A DNA stretch of 64,000 nt. It comes from Desulfurivibrio sp. (GTDB lineage Bacteria > Desulfobacterota > Desulfobulbia > Desulfobulbales > SURF-16). Position 1 is the stretch's first letter. Each line of letters starts with the position of its first letter. The notes under the pieces are model-generated. The model was not told where the DNA came from, made no database searches, and worked only from the letters and a program-made list of their open reading frames with translations. This document shows positions 45,571 to 53,925 of the stretch, piece by piece. The translations under genes were made by a program, and so were the position numbers. The DNA lies in the NCBI GenBank assembly GCA_003605035.1, contig QZKJ01000053.1, forward strand, positions 99,507-163,506, given 5' to 3'.

Positions 45571-46323
45571 ATGTATGATCTTGAAGGTAAGGTTGCCCTG
45601 GTAACCGGCAGCTCCCGCGGCATCGGCCGGGCCATTGCCAAACGTTTTGCCGAAAACGGCATCAATCTGGTGGTAAACTATGTCCGCCATAAGCGGGACG
45701 CCGAGGAGACGGCGGAAGAGATAGAAAAGGCCGGGGTAAAATGTCTGGTGGTCAAGGCCAACGTGGCCAATGACGAGGATGTGCTGACCATGTTCGAGCG
45801 CATCAGGGAGGAGTTCGGCCGGCTCGATATTCTGGTGAGCAATGCCGCCTCCGGGGTGCTGAAGCCGGTCATGGAGCTGAACACCCGCCACTGGAACTGG
45901 GCCATGGATATCAATGCCAGGGCCCTGCTTACCCTGGCCCAGCAGGCCGTGCCCCTGATGCCCCAGGGCGGGCGGATACTGGCGGTGTCCAGCCTCGGTT
46001 CCGTCAGGGCGGTGGAGAATTACACGGCAGTGGGGGCCTCCAAGGCGGCCCTGGAATCCCTGGTCCGCCATCTGGCCGTGGAGCTTGGCCCGCGCAGGAT
46101 TACGGTGAATACCATTAGCGCCGGCGCAGTGGATACCGAGGCCCTGAAAAAATTCCCCAACCGCTCGCAGATCCTGGAAACCGCCCTGCAGCGCACCCCG
46201 CTGGGCTGCCTGACCACGCCGGAGGATGTGGCGGATCTGGCCTTGTTTCTCTGCAGTGATCATGCGAAAATGATTCATGGCCAGACCCTGGTGGTGGATG
46301 GCGGCTATGCTATCAGGGCCTGA
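45571..46323 (+). CDS. fabL: enoyl-[acyl-carrier-protein] reductase FabL (SDR family)
   Basis: 250-aa ORF, collinear by eye with B. subtilis FabL (ALVTGSSRGIG..VNY.R.K..A.ETAEEIEK.GVK.LVVKANV..NAASGVL.PVMEL...HW.W). Confidence 0.85.
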   Translation: MYDLEGKVALVTGSSRGIGRAIAKRFAENGINLVVNYVRHKRDAEETAEEIEKAGVKCLVVKANVANDEDVLTMFERIREEFGRLDILVSNAASGVLKPVMELNTRHWNWAMDINARALLTLAQQAVPLMPQGGRILAVSSLGSVRAVENYTAVGASKAALESLVRHLAVELGPRRITVNTISAGAVDTEALKKFPNRSQILETALQRTPLGCLTTPEDVADLALFLCSDHAKMIHGQTLVVDGGYAIRA

Positions 46324-46384
46324 GGCGGTTGCGGCGGACCCGCGGCCGGCAGCGCCGCTGCGTGGGCCTGCCGGGGGAAAAACC

Positions 46385-46987
46385 ATGCCCGGCGGTTTTC
46401 ATACCAGCTGCCCGCTGATCCTGGCCTCGGCTTCACCCAGGCGGCAGCGCTTTCTGCGGGAGCTTGGCCTGGATTTTACGGTGGCGCCGGCCGCGGTGAA
46501 TGAACAGCACCGTCCCGGCGAGAGCCCGCGGGAGTATGTGCTGCGGCTGGCCGGGGAAAAGGCCCTGGCCGTTGCCGCCAGCCGCCGCGACGCCGCTGTG
46601 CTCGCGGCAGATACCATCGTGGTGCTGGCTGGTGAGATTCTCGGCAAGCCTGCTGACCCTGCCCATGCCGAGGCAATGCTTGCCAGCATGTCCGGCAGGT
46701 GGCACGAGGTGTGGACCGCCTACTGCCTGTGCCGGCAGGCGGATGACCTGCTGGTCAAGCAGGCGGTGCAGACCCGGGTGCTGTTCAGGCCCCTTACCGC
46801 TGAACTCTGCCGGGCCTATGTCCTTACCGGCGAGCCGCTGGACAAGGCGGGCAGCTATGGGTTACAGGGCAGGGGCGGTTTTCTGGTGGAAAGGATCGAG
46901 GGCTCCTACAGCAATGTGATCGGCCTGCCGGTGGCTGAGGTGATAACGGATCTGCTCCGTTTCGGCATCATCGCCCCGCATATTTAA
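46385..46987 (+). CDS. maf: Maf-family nucleoside triphosphate pyrophosphatase
   Basis: The ORF-track frame was trimmed to the ATG at 46385. Contains LILASASPRRQRFL, ADTIV and KAGSYGLQG motifs. Confidence 0.9.
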   Translation: MPGGFHTSCPLILASASPRRQRFLRELGLDFTVAPAAVNEQHRPGESPREYVLRLAGEKALAVAASRRDAAVLAADTIVVLAGEILGKPADPAHAEAMLASMSGRWHEVWTAYCLCRQADDLLVKQAVQTRVLFRPLTAELCRAYVLTGEPLDKAGSYGLQGRGGFLVERIEGSYSNVIGLPVAEVITDLLRFGIIAPHI

Positions 46988-47006
46988 CGGCAAGCAGCCG
47001 CAAAGG

Positions 47007-47717
47007 TTGGAATGGCGGACAGACATGGATGAAAAGATATTTGATCAGGGCATACGCCTGGCGCTGGAACTGGGGATTCGGCTCAAAATTGAGCTTGAGG
47101 GGGTGGATATCCCGCTGGAGAGCACCTTCTGCGGTTTTGTGGACAACTACATCATCATCACCCCGCCGTCCCCCTATCACCAGGTGCAGCATAAGCTGTT
47201 TGGCGGCGCGGAGATGGTGGTGCGCTATTTCTACCACGGCACCATCTATGCCTTCCAGACCAAGCTTTTCTCCCTGATTGATCAGCCGGTGCGGCTTCTT
47301 TTCATCTATTACCCGAAGCTTATCCAGAAAAGCGAGCTGCGCAGCGAAAAACGCTCTTTCTGCTATATCCCGGCGGTGATCAAGGTGGGCGACAATGAAA
47401 ACAACGGCACCATTGTCGATATCGCCAAATCAGGCTGCCATTGCCTGGTGCGCGGCAAGAACAACAAAAGGCTCATTTTTTTCAAGCTGGGCGACCAGGT
47501 CAAGCTGAACTGCAAGTTCCCGGGGGTCAAGCAGACCCTGGAAATCATCGGGGTGGTGAAAAACCTGCGCACCAGCAAATATGAAGCAAATGTCGGCCTG
47601 CAGTTCCACGAACATACCCCGGATGTCACCCAGAAAATAATCAGCTGGTATATTTCCACTATCGAGAAATTTGTCCCGGCCCAGGAGATCAAGCTCGACA
47701 TCAGTGAGAAAGATTGA
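47007..47717 (+). CDS. PilZ-domain protein (YcgR-like flagellar brake architecture)
   Basis: 236-aa ORF with a YcgR-N-like first half followed by a PilZ motif (RSEKRSF...DIAKSGC). Confidence 0.7.
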   Translation: MEWRTDMDEKIFDQGIRLALELGIRLKIELEGVDIPLESTFCGFVDNYIIITPPSPYHQVQHKLFGGAEMVVRYFYHGTIYAFQTKLFSLIDQPVRLLFIYYPKLIQKSELRSEKRSFCYIPAVIKVGDNENNGTIVDIAKSGCHCLVRGKNNKRLIFFKLGDQVKLNCKFPGVKQTLEIIGVVKNLRTSKYEANVGLQFHEHTPDVTQKIISWYISTIEKFVPAQEIKLDISEKD

Positions 47718-47726
47718 GGCATCCTT

Positions 47727-49280
47727 TTATTTCCCCGCGGCGATCTCGGCGGAAATCACTTTCACCTCCAGATTGTGCAGGTACTTTACCGGCACCCCGG
47801 ACGTATCCAGCGGCAGCAAAACGCTCTTTGCCGGCTGCAGGGTGGCGGAAACCCGCAGCGGGATCTGCTTGATTGATCCCTGGTCATCAAGATAGCCGGC
47901 CGCAAGCACGATATTATAAACCGCCAGCGGGGTCGGGTTGCTCACCCTGATCCTGAGCTGGCCGTCCTCTGTTTTTTCCGGGCGGGCGCTGAGGTATCTG
48001 CCGGCATTTTCCGGCAGATCAAGCCTGACAAAAGAGGCAAGGGCCTCTTTGCCGACCTCCGACTTGGAGGATGAGGCTGCCTGGAAAAAATTCTTGGCCT
48101 CGCTCAGCTTCCCGGAGGCCAGGGCATAATCCCCCAGTTTCTTGTAGGCCGTGGCCGTGGGCAGGAGGCTGGCGCTTCTGGTCAGATCCTGGCGGGCTCC
48201 CTGGAGATCGCCGAGCTTTTCCCTGGTCAGTCCGCGCTGGGCGTAGAAATGAAAGAAGCTGGCATTGCGTTGAATGGCCTGATCATAACTGGCCAGGGCC
48301 TTATTGAAGTTCTGGCGGGTGAAAAAGATGTCTCCCCGCAGGCCGTGAAAGAGGGCCTCCCTGGGCTCGCTGGCCAAGGCCTTGTCCACCAGGGCCAGGG
48401 CCTTGCCGCTGTCCCCCTTTTGCAGGGCCAGGCCAGCCTCGTCGTAGGCCTGGTAGGCCGGCGCGGTTTGCCGCAGGCGGTTGATCTGCTCGGCGTAGCG
48501 CATTTCCCCCAGTTCGCCGCCCGGCGGCAGACTCAGGGCGGTTTTGCGATTTGCCTCAACCCGTTCCCGGGAAGGGGGGTGGCTGGCAAAGAGACCTTCA
48601 AGCCAGTTGGCGTCGCGGCCCTCGGAGAGACGGACAAAGGTCTGCTGCAGCTGCACCGCGCTCTGGGGATCGTATCCTGCCCGGGACAGGTAGTGCATGC
48701 CGTAGAAGTCGGCTTCCAGTTCGGCCTCGCGGCTGTATTTCTGGGTGATGAGGGCCGCGGCCGCCTGGGCGCCGCCCACTGCCAGCGGCGCATAGTCGTT
48801 GCCGGCGGTTGCCAGGGAAGTGGCCAGCAGGGCTCCCTGCAGCAGCATGCCCTTTTCCATGCTTTTCGCGCCATGCCGGGCCGCGGCATGGACGATTTCA
48901 TGGCTGATGACCGCGGCCAGTTCCGCTTCGTTATTGAGTTCCAGCAGCAGGCCGCGGTTCACCACGATCTTGCCGCCGGGCAGGGCCCAGGCGTTGGGGG
49001 TCGAGTTGTTCAGGACCTTGAATTCGTAGGGCAGGGGCCGATCGCTGACCGCGGCCAGTTTCTGGCCGACCGTGTTGACATAGGCCGCCAGCGCCGGGTC
49101 GGCCAGGTAGTCGCCGCCCTGCATCTGCCGGGCCGGTTCATACTGCTTGCTGCCGATGGCAATTTCCTGCTCCTGGCCGACCAGGCTCAGTTCCCGCTGG
49201 CCGGTGACCGGGTTGATGGCGCAGCCGGCCAACAGGAACCAGGCCAGGCAGAGAAAAAACAGTGCTGGTGCTGTTTTCAT
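47727..49280 (-). CDS. M48-family metallopeptidase lipoprotein with C-terminal TPR repeats (BepA-like)
   Basis: The ORF-track frame was trimmed to the ATG at 49280, which follows GGAGAA. Contains a lipobox LLAGC, HEIVHAAARH, and TPR repeats. Confidence 0.85.
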   Translation of the reverse strand: MKTAPALFFLCLAWFLLAGCAINPVTGQRELSLVGQEQEIAIGSKQYEPARQMQGGDYLADPALAAYVNTVGQKLAAVSDRPLPYEFKVLNNSTPNAWALPGGKIVVNRGLLLELNNEAELAAVISHEIVHAAARHGAKSMEKGMLLQGALLATSLATAGNDYAPLAVGGAQAAAALITQKYSREAELEADFYGMHYLSRAGYDPQSAVQLQQTFVRLSEGRDANWLEGLFASHPPSRERVEANRKTALSLPPGGELGEMRYAEQINRLRQTAPAYQAYDEAGLALQKGDSGKALALVDKALASEPREALFHGLRGDIFFTRQNFNKALASYDQAIQRNASFFHFYAQRGLTREKLGDLQGARQDLTRSASLLPTATAYKKLGDYALASGKLSEAKNFFQAASSSKSEVGKEALASFVRLDLPENAGRYLSARPEKTEDGQLRIRVSNPTPLAVYNIVLAAGYLDDQGSIKQIPLRVSATLQPAKSVLLPLDTSGVPVKYLHNLEVKVISAEIAAGK

Positions 49281-49426
49281 TGGTTTTCTCCTCTGGTATC
49301 CCCGCAGCTCCGCCTTGCCGGCCGCACGTCGCCTGCCGGCAAGACGTGATGGGTCCATGCGCCAGACAATAAAAAAGGCCGCTGGCAAAGCGGCCTTCGT
49401 CTCTTGCAAGGGTGGCGGGCCTTTGC

Positions 49427-50095
49427 TCAGATGGTCAGATCATCCCGCAGGGTTTTGCGGGGGCCGCCATGGCCGGCCGTGCTCCAGTCGCGGATCGGGG
49501 CAATGACGTTCATCGCTTCGGCATTGCCGATTCTGCCCAGACGATCATGGATTGACTGCCAGATGCATTCCACGTCGGGGTGGATTTCGCAGCGGCCATT
49601 GACCGAACCGCCGCAGGGGCCGTTCATCAGGCTCTTGGCGCAGCGGGCCACCGGGCAGAGGCCGCCGGTCAGGTGCAGCACGCAGTTGCCGCAGCCGGCG
49701 CACTGCTCCTTCCACACCCCCTGCTCGGCGGAGCCGCCGAAGAAGCTGGTGTTCACCGCGGGATAAACCCTGGTGGTCGGGCGGAGATTGGCGATGAAAT
49801 TGACCCCCACGCCGCAGGCCATGGAGACGATGGCATCGTACTGGCCGTCCCACTCGTCAATGGCATCGATATATTCCTTGTCGCACTGTCTGACCAGGGT
49901 GCCTTCGATGGTTTCGATCTGCTTGCCCTGTTTCTGCATGCCCAGCCGGATCAGCGAGGCCAGGATCTCCACCTCGCGCTCACCGCCGGCGGAGCAGACC
50001 GTGACGCAGCCCCGGCAGCCGAGGACCAGAACTTTCCTGGCATCGCTTACCATGCCTATTATTTCATCCACAGGTTTTCGTTCGGCGATAATCAT
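49427..50095 (-). CDS. methylenetetrahydrofolate reductase C-terminal-domain (MetV-like) Cys-rich protein
   Basis: 222-aa ORF with Cys clusters LGCRGCVTVC, CAGCGNCVL..GGLCPVARCAKSL.NGPCGG, as in MetV/MTHFR_C proteins. Confidence 0.65.
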   Translation of the reverse strand: MIIAERKPVDEIIGMVSDARKVLVLGCRGCVTVCSAGGEREVEILASLIRLGMQKQGKQIETIEGTLVRQCDKEYIDAIDEWDGQYDAIVSMACGVGVNFIANLRPTTRVYPAVNTSFFGGSAEQGVWKEQCAGCGNCVLHLTGGLCPVARCAKSLMNGPCGGSVNGRCEIHPDVECIWQSIHDRLGRIGNAEAMNVIAPIRDWSTAGHGGPRKTLRDDLTI

Positions 50096-50526
50096 TGTGC
50101 TTCCCCCTTAAACGGGCACGGGCCTAATTCGGTGATTCTCTTGTTCATGAACCGGGCGGCTTCGACAAATTCCGGGTGGAAGCCTCTTTCCAGGTGAAAC
50201 ATTTCTATTCTTTCCGGTTCCACGGCCAGCTCGGCCAGGGCCTTTTTGATGGCGTCGACCCGCTTGGCCGCCCGCTGGCTGCCTTTGACGTTGTGGCATT
50301 TGTCGGCCGGACAGCCGACCACATAGACCCCGTCAGCGCCCTCTTCAAAGGCCTTGAGCAGGGTGCTCACCTGCAGTTTGCCGGTGCAGACCACCCGGTT
50401 GAAGGTGACATTTTCCGGCAGGCCGTCTTGTTTCAGGCCCTCTTTTCCCTCGGCAATGGTCTGCTGGGAGGTGTAATGGCAACAGAATGCTTGGATATCA
50501 GGAGTAAAAGTCATGCGTTTCTCCAC
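50092..50526 (-). CDS. MvhD-like hydrogenase/heterodisulfide-reductase-associated iron-sulfur subunit
   Basis: 144-aa ORF with FCCHYT...RVVCTGKL...GADGVYVVGCPADKCH, the MvhD (FlpD) pattern. It overlaps the downstream gene by 4 nt. Confidence 0.8.
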   Translation of the reverse strand: MEKRMTFTPDIQAFCCHYTSQQTIAEGKEGLKQDGLPENVTFNRVVCTGKLQVSTLLKAFEEGADGVYVVGCPADKCHNVKGSQRAAKRVDAIKKALAELAVEPERIEMFHLERGFHPEFVEAARFMNKRITELGPCPFKGEAQ

Positions 50527-50532
50527 TCGGCT

Positions 50533-51093
50533 TTAAACGCCGCAGGCGGCGATCAGTTTCTCGTCTTCGGACTCATTGAGCCGGATGGCCTGAGCCGGAC
50601 ATTCAGCAACGCAGATCCCGCAGCCTCTGCAGGTTCTGGCATTGATATCGGCAACCCCCTGCCGGTCAATCTTCGGGATCTCCCACGGGCAGACCCGCAC
50701 GCAGGTCAGACAGGAGACGCAGAGATCCCGTTCCACCCAGGCGGCCTTGCCCTTTTCCCGCAGGTTTTCCTCGGTAATGATGCCTTCCTGCATGGCCAGC
50801 TCCCGCAGGGCGGACATGATATCGGCGAAACGGACATCCTGGGGGCAGACGAAGACGCAGCTGCGGCAGCGTGAGCAGAACCAGAGCACCTCGGAGTTGA
50901 GCAGCCGGTCCTTTAATCCCATGCGGACCATGTGAATGATTTTCCGCGGATCAAAATCAGGGATGGCCTGACTCACGGGGCAGATGCCGCTGCAGGCCCC
51001 ACAGGAAAAACAGCGATTCAGATATTCACCGCCTGGGATATTGGTCACCTCAGCGCTGAAGGCTGAACTGATTTCTTTACTGGTGATTCCCAT
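50533..51093 (-). CDS. HdrC-like plus ferredoxin-like 4Fe-4S cluster protein
   Basis: 186-aa ORF with four CxxCxxCxxxCP-type motifs (CFSCGACSGICP, CSRCRSCVFVCP, CVSCLTCVRVCP, CRGCGICVAECP). Confidence 0.8.
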   Translation of the reverse strand: MGITSKEISSAFSAEVTNIPGGEYLNRCFSCGACSGICPVSQAIPDFDPRKIIHMVRMGLKDRLLNSEVLWFCSRCRSCVFVCPQDVRFADIMSALRELAMQEGIITEENLREKGKAAWVERDLCVSCLTCVRVCPWEIPKIDRQGVADINARTCRGCGICVAECPAQAIRLNESEDEKLIAACGV

Positions 51094-51322
51094 TGTTAAC
51101 CTCTTGTTTGTAAGTATAAAAAGGGCATTCTGGCGTGAAATGCGTTTCGATCATAAAAAAATACGAATCGAATGCTAACCAAAAGCAGCAGGTTTGTCAA
51201 TATGGCTTGAACCGCAAAAGAGAAATAACCTGTTGGTATTATAGGTATTTCTACTGGTGCCTGGCTGGCTGGGAGCGGGTGTGCGCGCAAACGATTAAAC
51301 GCTGAACAGTGGAACGTTCTTT

Positions 51323-52300
51323 CTACACCAGCAGGCGGAACTCCCCTTTGCCAAGCAGATCATGCAGATGCAGCATGCCTGCCAGCAGGCCGGCCTTGTT
51401 CAGCACGGGCAGGATGGTCACTTCATGGCGCTGCATGATGCTCAGGGCGTCGGCGGCCAGCAGATCCTCTTCTATGGTCTTGGGCGATGGCGTCATCAGC
51501 TCCCTGACCTGCAGGCGATCAAGATCCAGGGGTTTGCTGAGGCTGAGCTGGCGGCGCAGGTCGCCGTCGGTGATAATGCCGCAGAGCCTGCGGTTGTCGT
51601 CAGCGATGATCACCGCACCCAGATTCTTCTCGTTCAGAATAGTAATGGCTTCCCGCATGGTGGCATCCGGTGTGGTGAGGGGGATCAGCGGGCCGGTGAT
51701 CATCACCTCCTGCACCCTGGTTTTCAGCCGTTCGCCCAGGCTGCCGCCGGGATGGTTCTTGCGGAAGTCACTGGCCGCGAATTTCTTTTTTTCAATCAGC
51801 ACCACGGCCAGGGCGTCGCCGAGGGCCAGGGCCGCGGTGGTGCTCGCCGTGGGAGCCAGGCCCAGCGGACAGGCCTCCCGCGGCACCCGGGCCGACAGCA
51901 CCACGTCGGCAAAGGAGGCCAGGGTGGAATTCTTGTTGCCGGTCAGGGCGATGGTCTTCACCCCCCGCTTTTTGAGGACCGGCAGCAGCATGTTGAGTTC
52001 CGTGGTTTCACCGCTGTAGGACAGAGCCAGCACCACATCGTGATGATCGACAATGCCCAGGTCGCCGTGCATCGCCTCCACCGGATGGAGAAAAAAGGAC
52101 GGAGTCCCGGTGCTGTTCAAGGTGGCGGAGATCTTCTGGCCGATGATGCCTGATTTGCCGATGCCCGTAATGATAATGCGGCTGGGGCAGTTCATGATCA
52201 GGGAAACGGCGCGGTCAAAATCGGCGTCAAGCTGCTCGATGACGGCCTGGATGCCGTCCGCTTCAATCTGCAGAACCTCTTTGGCCAGGGTAAGTGACAT
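51323..52300 (-). CDS. kdsD: KpsF/GutQ-family arabinose-5-phosphate isomerase (SIS + CBS)
   Basis: 325-aa ORF with a SIS domain (ITGIGKSGIIGQKISATL) and two CBS repeats. Confidence 0.9.
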   Translation of the reverse strand: MSLTLAKEVLQIEADGIQAVIEQLDADFDRAVSLIMNCPSRIIITGIGKSGIIGQKISATLNSTGTPSFFLHPVEAMHGDLGIVDHHDVVLALSYSGETTELNMLLPVLKKRGVKTIALTGNKNSTLASFADVVLSARVPREACPLGLAPTASTTAALALGDALAVVLIEKKKFAASDFRKNHPGGSLGERLKTRVQEVMITGPLIPLTTPDATMREAITILNEKNLGAVIIADDNRRLCGIITDGDLRRQLSLSKPLDLDRLQVRELMTPSPKTIEEDLLAADALSIMQRHEVTILPVLNKAGLLAGMLHLHDLLGKGEFRLLV

Positions 52301-52324
52301 GATCGGTGTCCATTTTTCCCGGCA

Positions 52325-53731
52325 TCAGCCGAGGGCCAGCTTGTGGAAGGCGGTGTCCGGCTCCACCGGATAAATATTGTTGAAGCAGGCCAGGCAGAAT
52401 GAGGCGGCGGGCATGCCGGTTGCTTCCACCAGGCCTTCCAGGCTCAGATAGTGCAGGGTGTCCAGATGGAGAAAATCGCGGATCTCGGCAATGGATTTCT
52501 TGGCGGCGATCAACTGGTCCTGGGAGGGAAAATCAATGCCGTAATAGCAGGGGTAGCGGGTGGGCGGGCAGCTGACCAGCATGTGCACCTCCTTGACTCC
52601 GGAGGCACGCAGGGAGCGGATGCGACTGCGGCCGGTGGTGCCGCGAATAATGGAATCCTCGATGATCACCACCCGTTTTCCCTTGAGAAACGAACGAACC
52701 GGGTTCAGTTTAACCCGCACGGAAAAGTCGCGCATGGACTGGGTCGGCTGGATAAAGGTGCGGCCGACATAGTGGTTGCGGATCACCCCCATTTCCAGGG
52801 GGATGCCGGAGGCCTGGGAAAAGCCGATGGCCGCATAGTTGCCCGAGTCGGGAAAGGGCATGACAAAGTCAGCCTCGATATTGGTCTCCCTGGCCAGAAT
52901 CTGGCCCATTCTCTTGCGGCAGGAGTAAACGTTGAGGCCGAAAATATCACTGTCCGGCCGGGCAAAGTAGACATGCTCAAAAATACAGAAGCTGGGCGAT
53001 CTTTTTTCCTGGGGGAAGAAGGAATCCAGCCCGTTCTGGTCGATGATCAACACCTCGCCCGGTTCCACGTCACGGATATAATGGGCTTCAATCAGGTCAA
53101 GGGCGCAGGTTTCCGAGGCAACCACGTAGGCGCCGTTGGAGATTTTGCCGAGACAGAGGGGCCTGAAGCCGTTGGGGTCGCGAATGGCCACCAGTTTGCC
53201 ATGGGTCAGAATCAGGATGGAGTAGGCGCCCTTGATCTGCTTGAAGGTCTCGGTGATGGCCTCCTTAAAGGGGAGGTGGCTGAAGGAGGCCAGCAGATGG
53301 ACCACTACTTCGCTGTCCATGGTGGACTGAAAGATGGAGCCTTTATTTTCCAGCTCATCGCGCAACTGCCGGATATTGACCAGATTGCCGTTATGGGCCA
53401 CGGCGAAAAACTGATCACGGTGGCGGGCGGTGAACGGCTGAGCGTTGAGAATGTTGGAAGCGCCGGTGGTGGAGTAGCGGACATGCCCTACGGAGAGGGT
53501 GCCCTGCAAACGCTGCAGATCCTTTTCGCTGAAAACTTCGGAGACGAGCCCCATGGCTTTATGTTCAAAAACCTGGTTGCCGTCCGTGGTGACGATGCCG
53601 GCGCTTTCCTGGCCGCGGTGCTGGAGGGCGTAGAGGCCGAAATAGGTCAATTTGGCAGAATCCGGGTGACCGTAAATACCGCAGATTCCGCATTCTTCGC
53701 GGGGGCGTAATGAGGCTTTTTGTGATGCCAT
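52325..53731 (-). CDS. purF: amidophosphoribosyltransferase
   Basis: 468-aa ORF with the CGICGIYG Ntn nucleophile, LQHRGQESAGI, and a PRTase motif (VVIIEDSIIRGTT). Confidence 0.95.
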   Translation of the reverse strand: MASQKASLRPREECGICGIYGHPDSAKLTYFGLYALQHRGQESAGIVTTDGNQVFEHKAMGLVSEVFSEKDLQRLQGTLSVGHVRYSTTGASNILNAQPFTARHRDQFFAVAHNGNLVNIRQLRDELENKGSIFQSTMDSEVVVHLLASFSHLPFKEAITETFKQIKGAYSILILTHGKLVAIRDPNGFRPLCLGKISNGAYVVASETCALDLIEAHYIRDVEPGEVLIIDQNGLDSFFPQEKRSPSFCIFEHVYFARPDSDIFGLNVYSCRKRMGQILARETNIEADFVMPFPDSGNYAAIGFSQASGIPLEMGVIRNHYVGRTFIQPTQSMRDFSVRVKLNPVRSFLKGKRVVIIEDSIIRGTTGRSRIRSLRASGVKEVHMLVSCPPTRYPCYYGIDFPSQDQLIAAKKSIAEIRDFLHLDTLHYLSLEGLVEATGMPAASFCLACFNNIYPVEPDTAFHKLALG

Positions 53732-53925
53732 GTGTTGTCCTCTTGTAAAACCTGATAAAGCACCTTGGTAAATTCCGTCAACTGGCTATGCATGGAGTGG
53801 CAGCGACGGTTAGCAGATGCTGTAAAAAAAAGAAGCCATTCTACCATTTTTTTAAAAAAAAGGAATTTTTTTTTGGCGCCCTCTGGGGGCAGGCAGACAG
53901 CAAAAAGGTAACAGGGGTATGGGAA

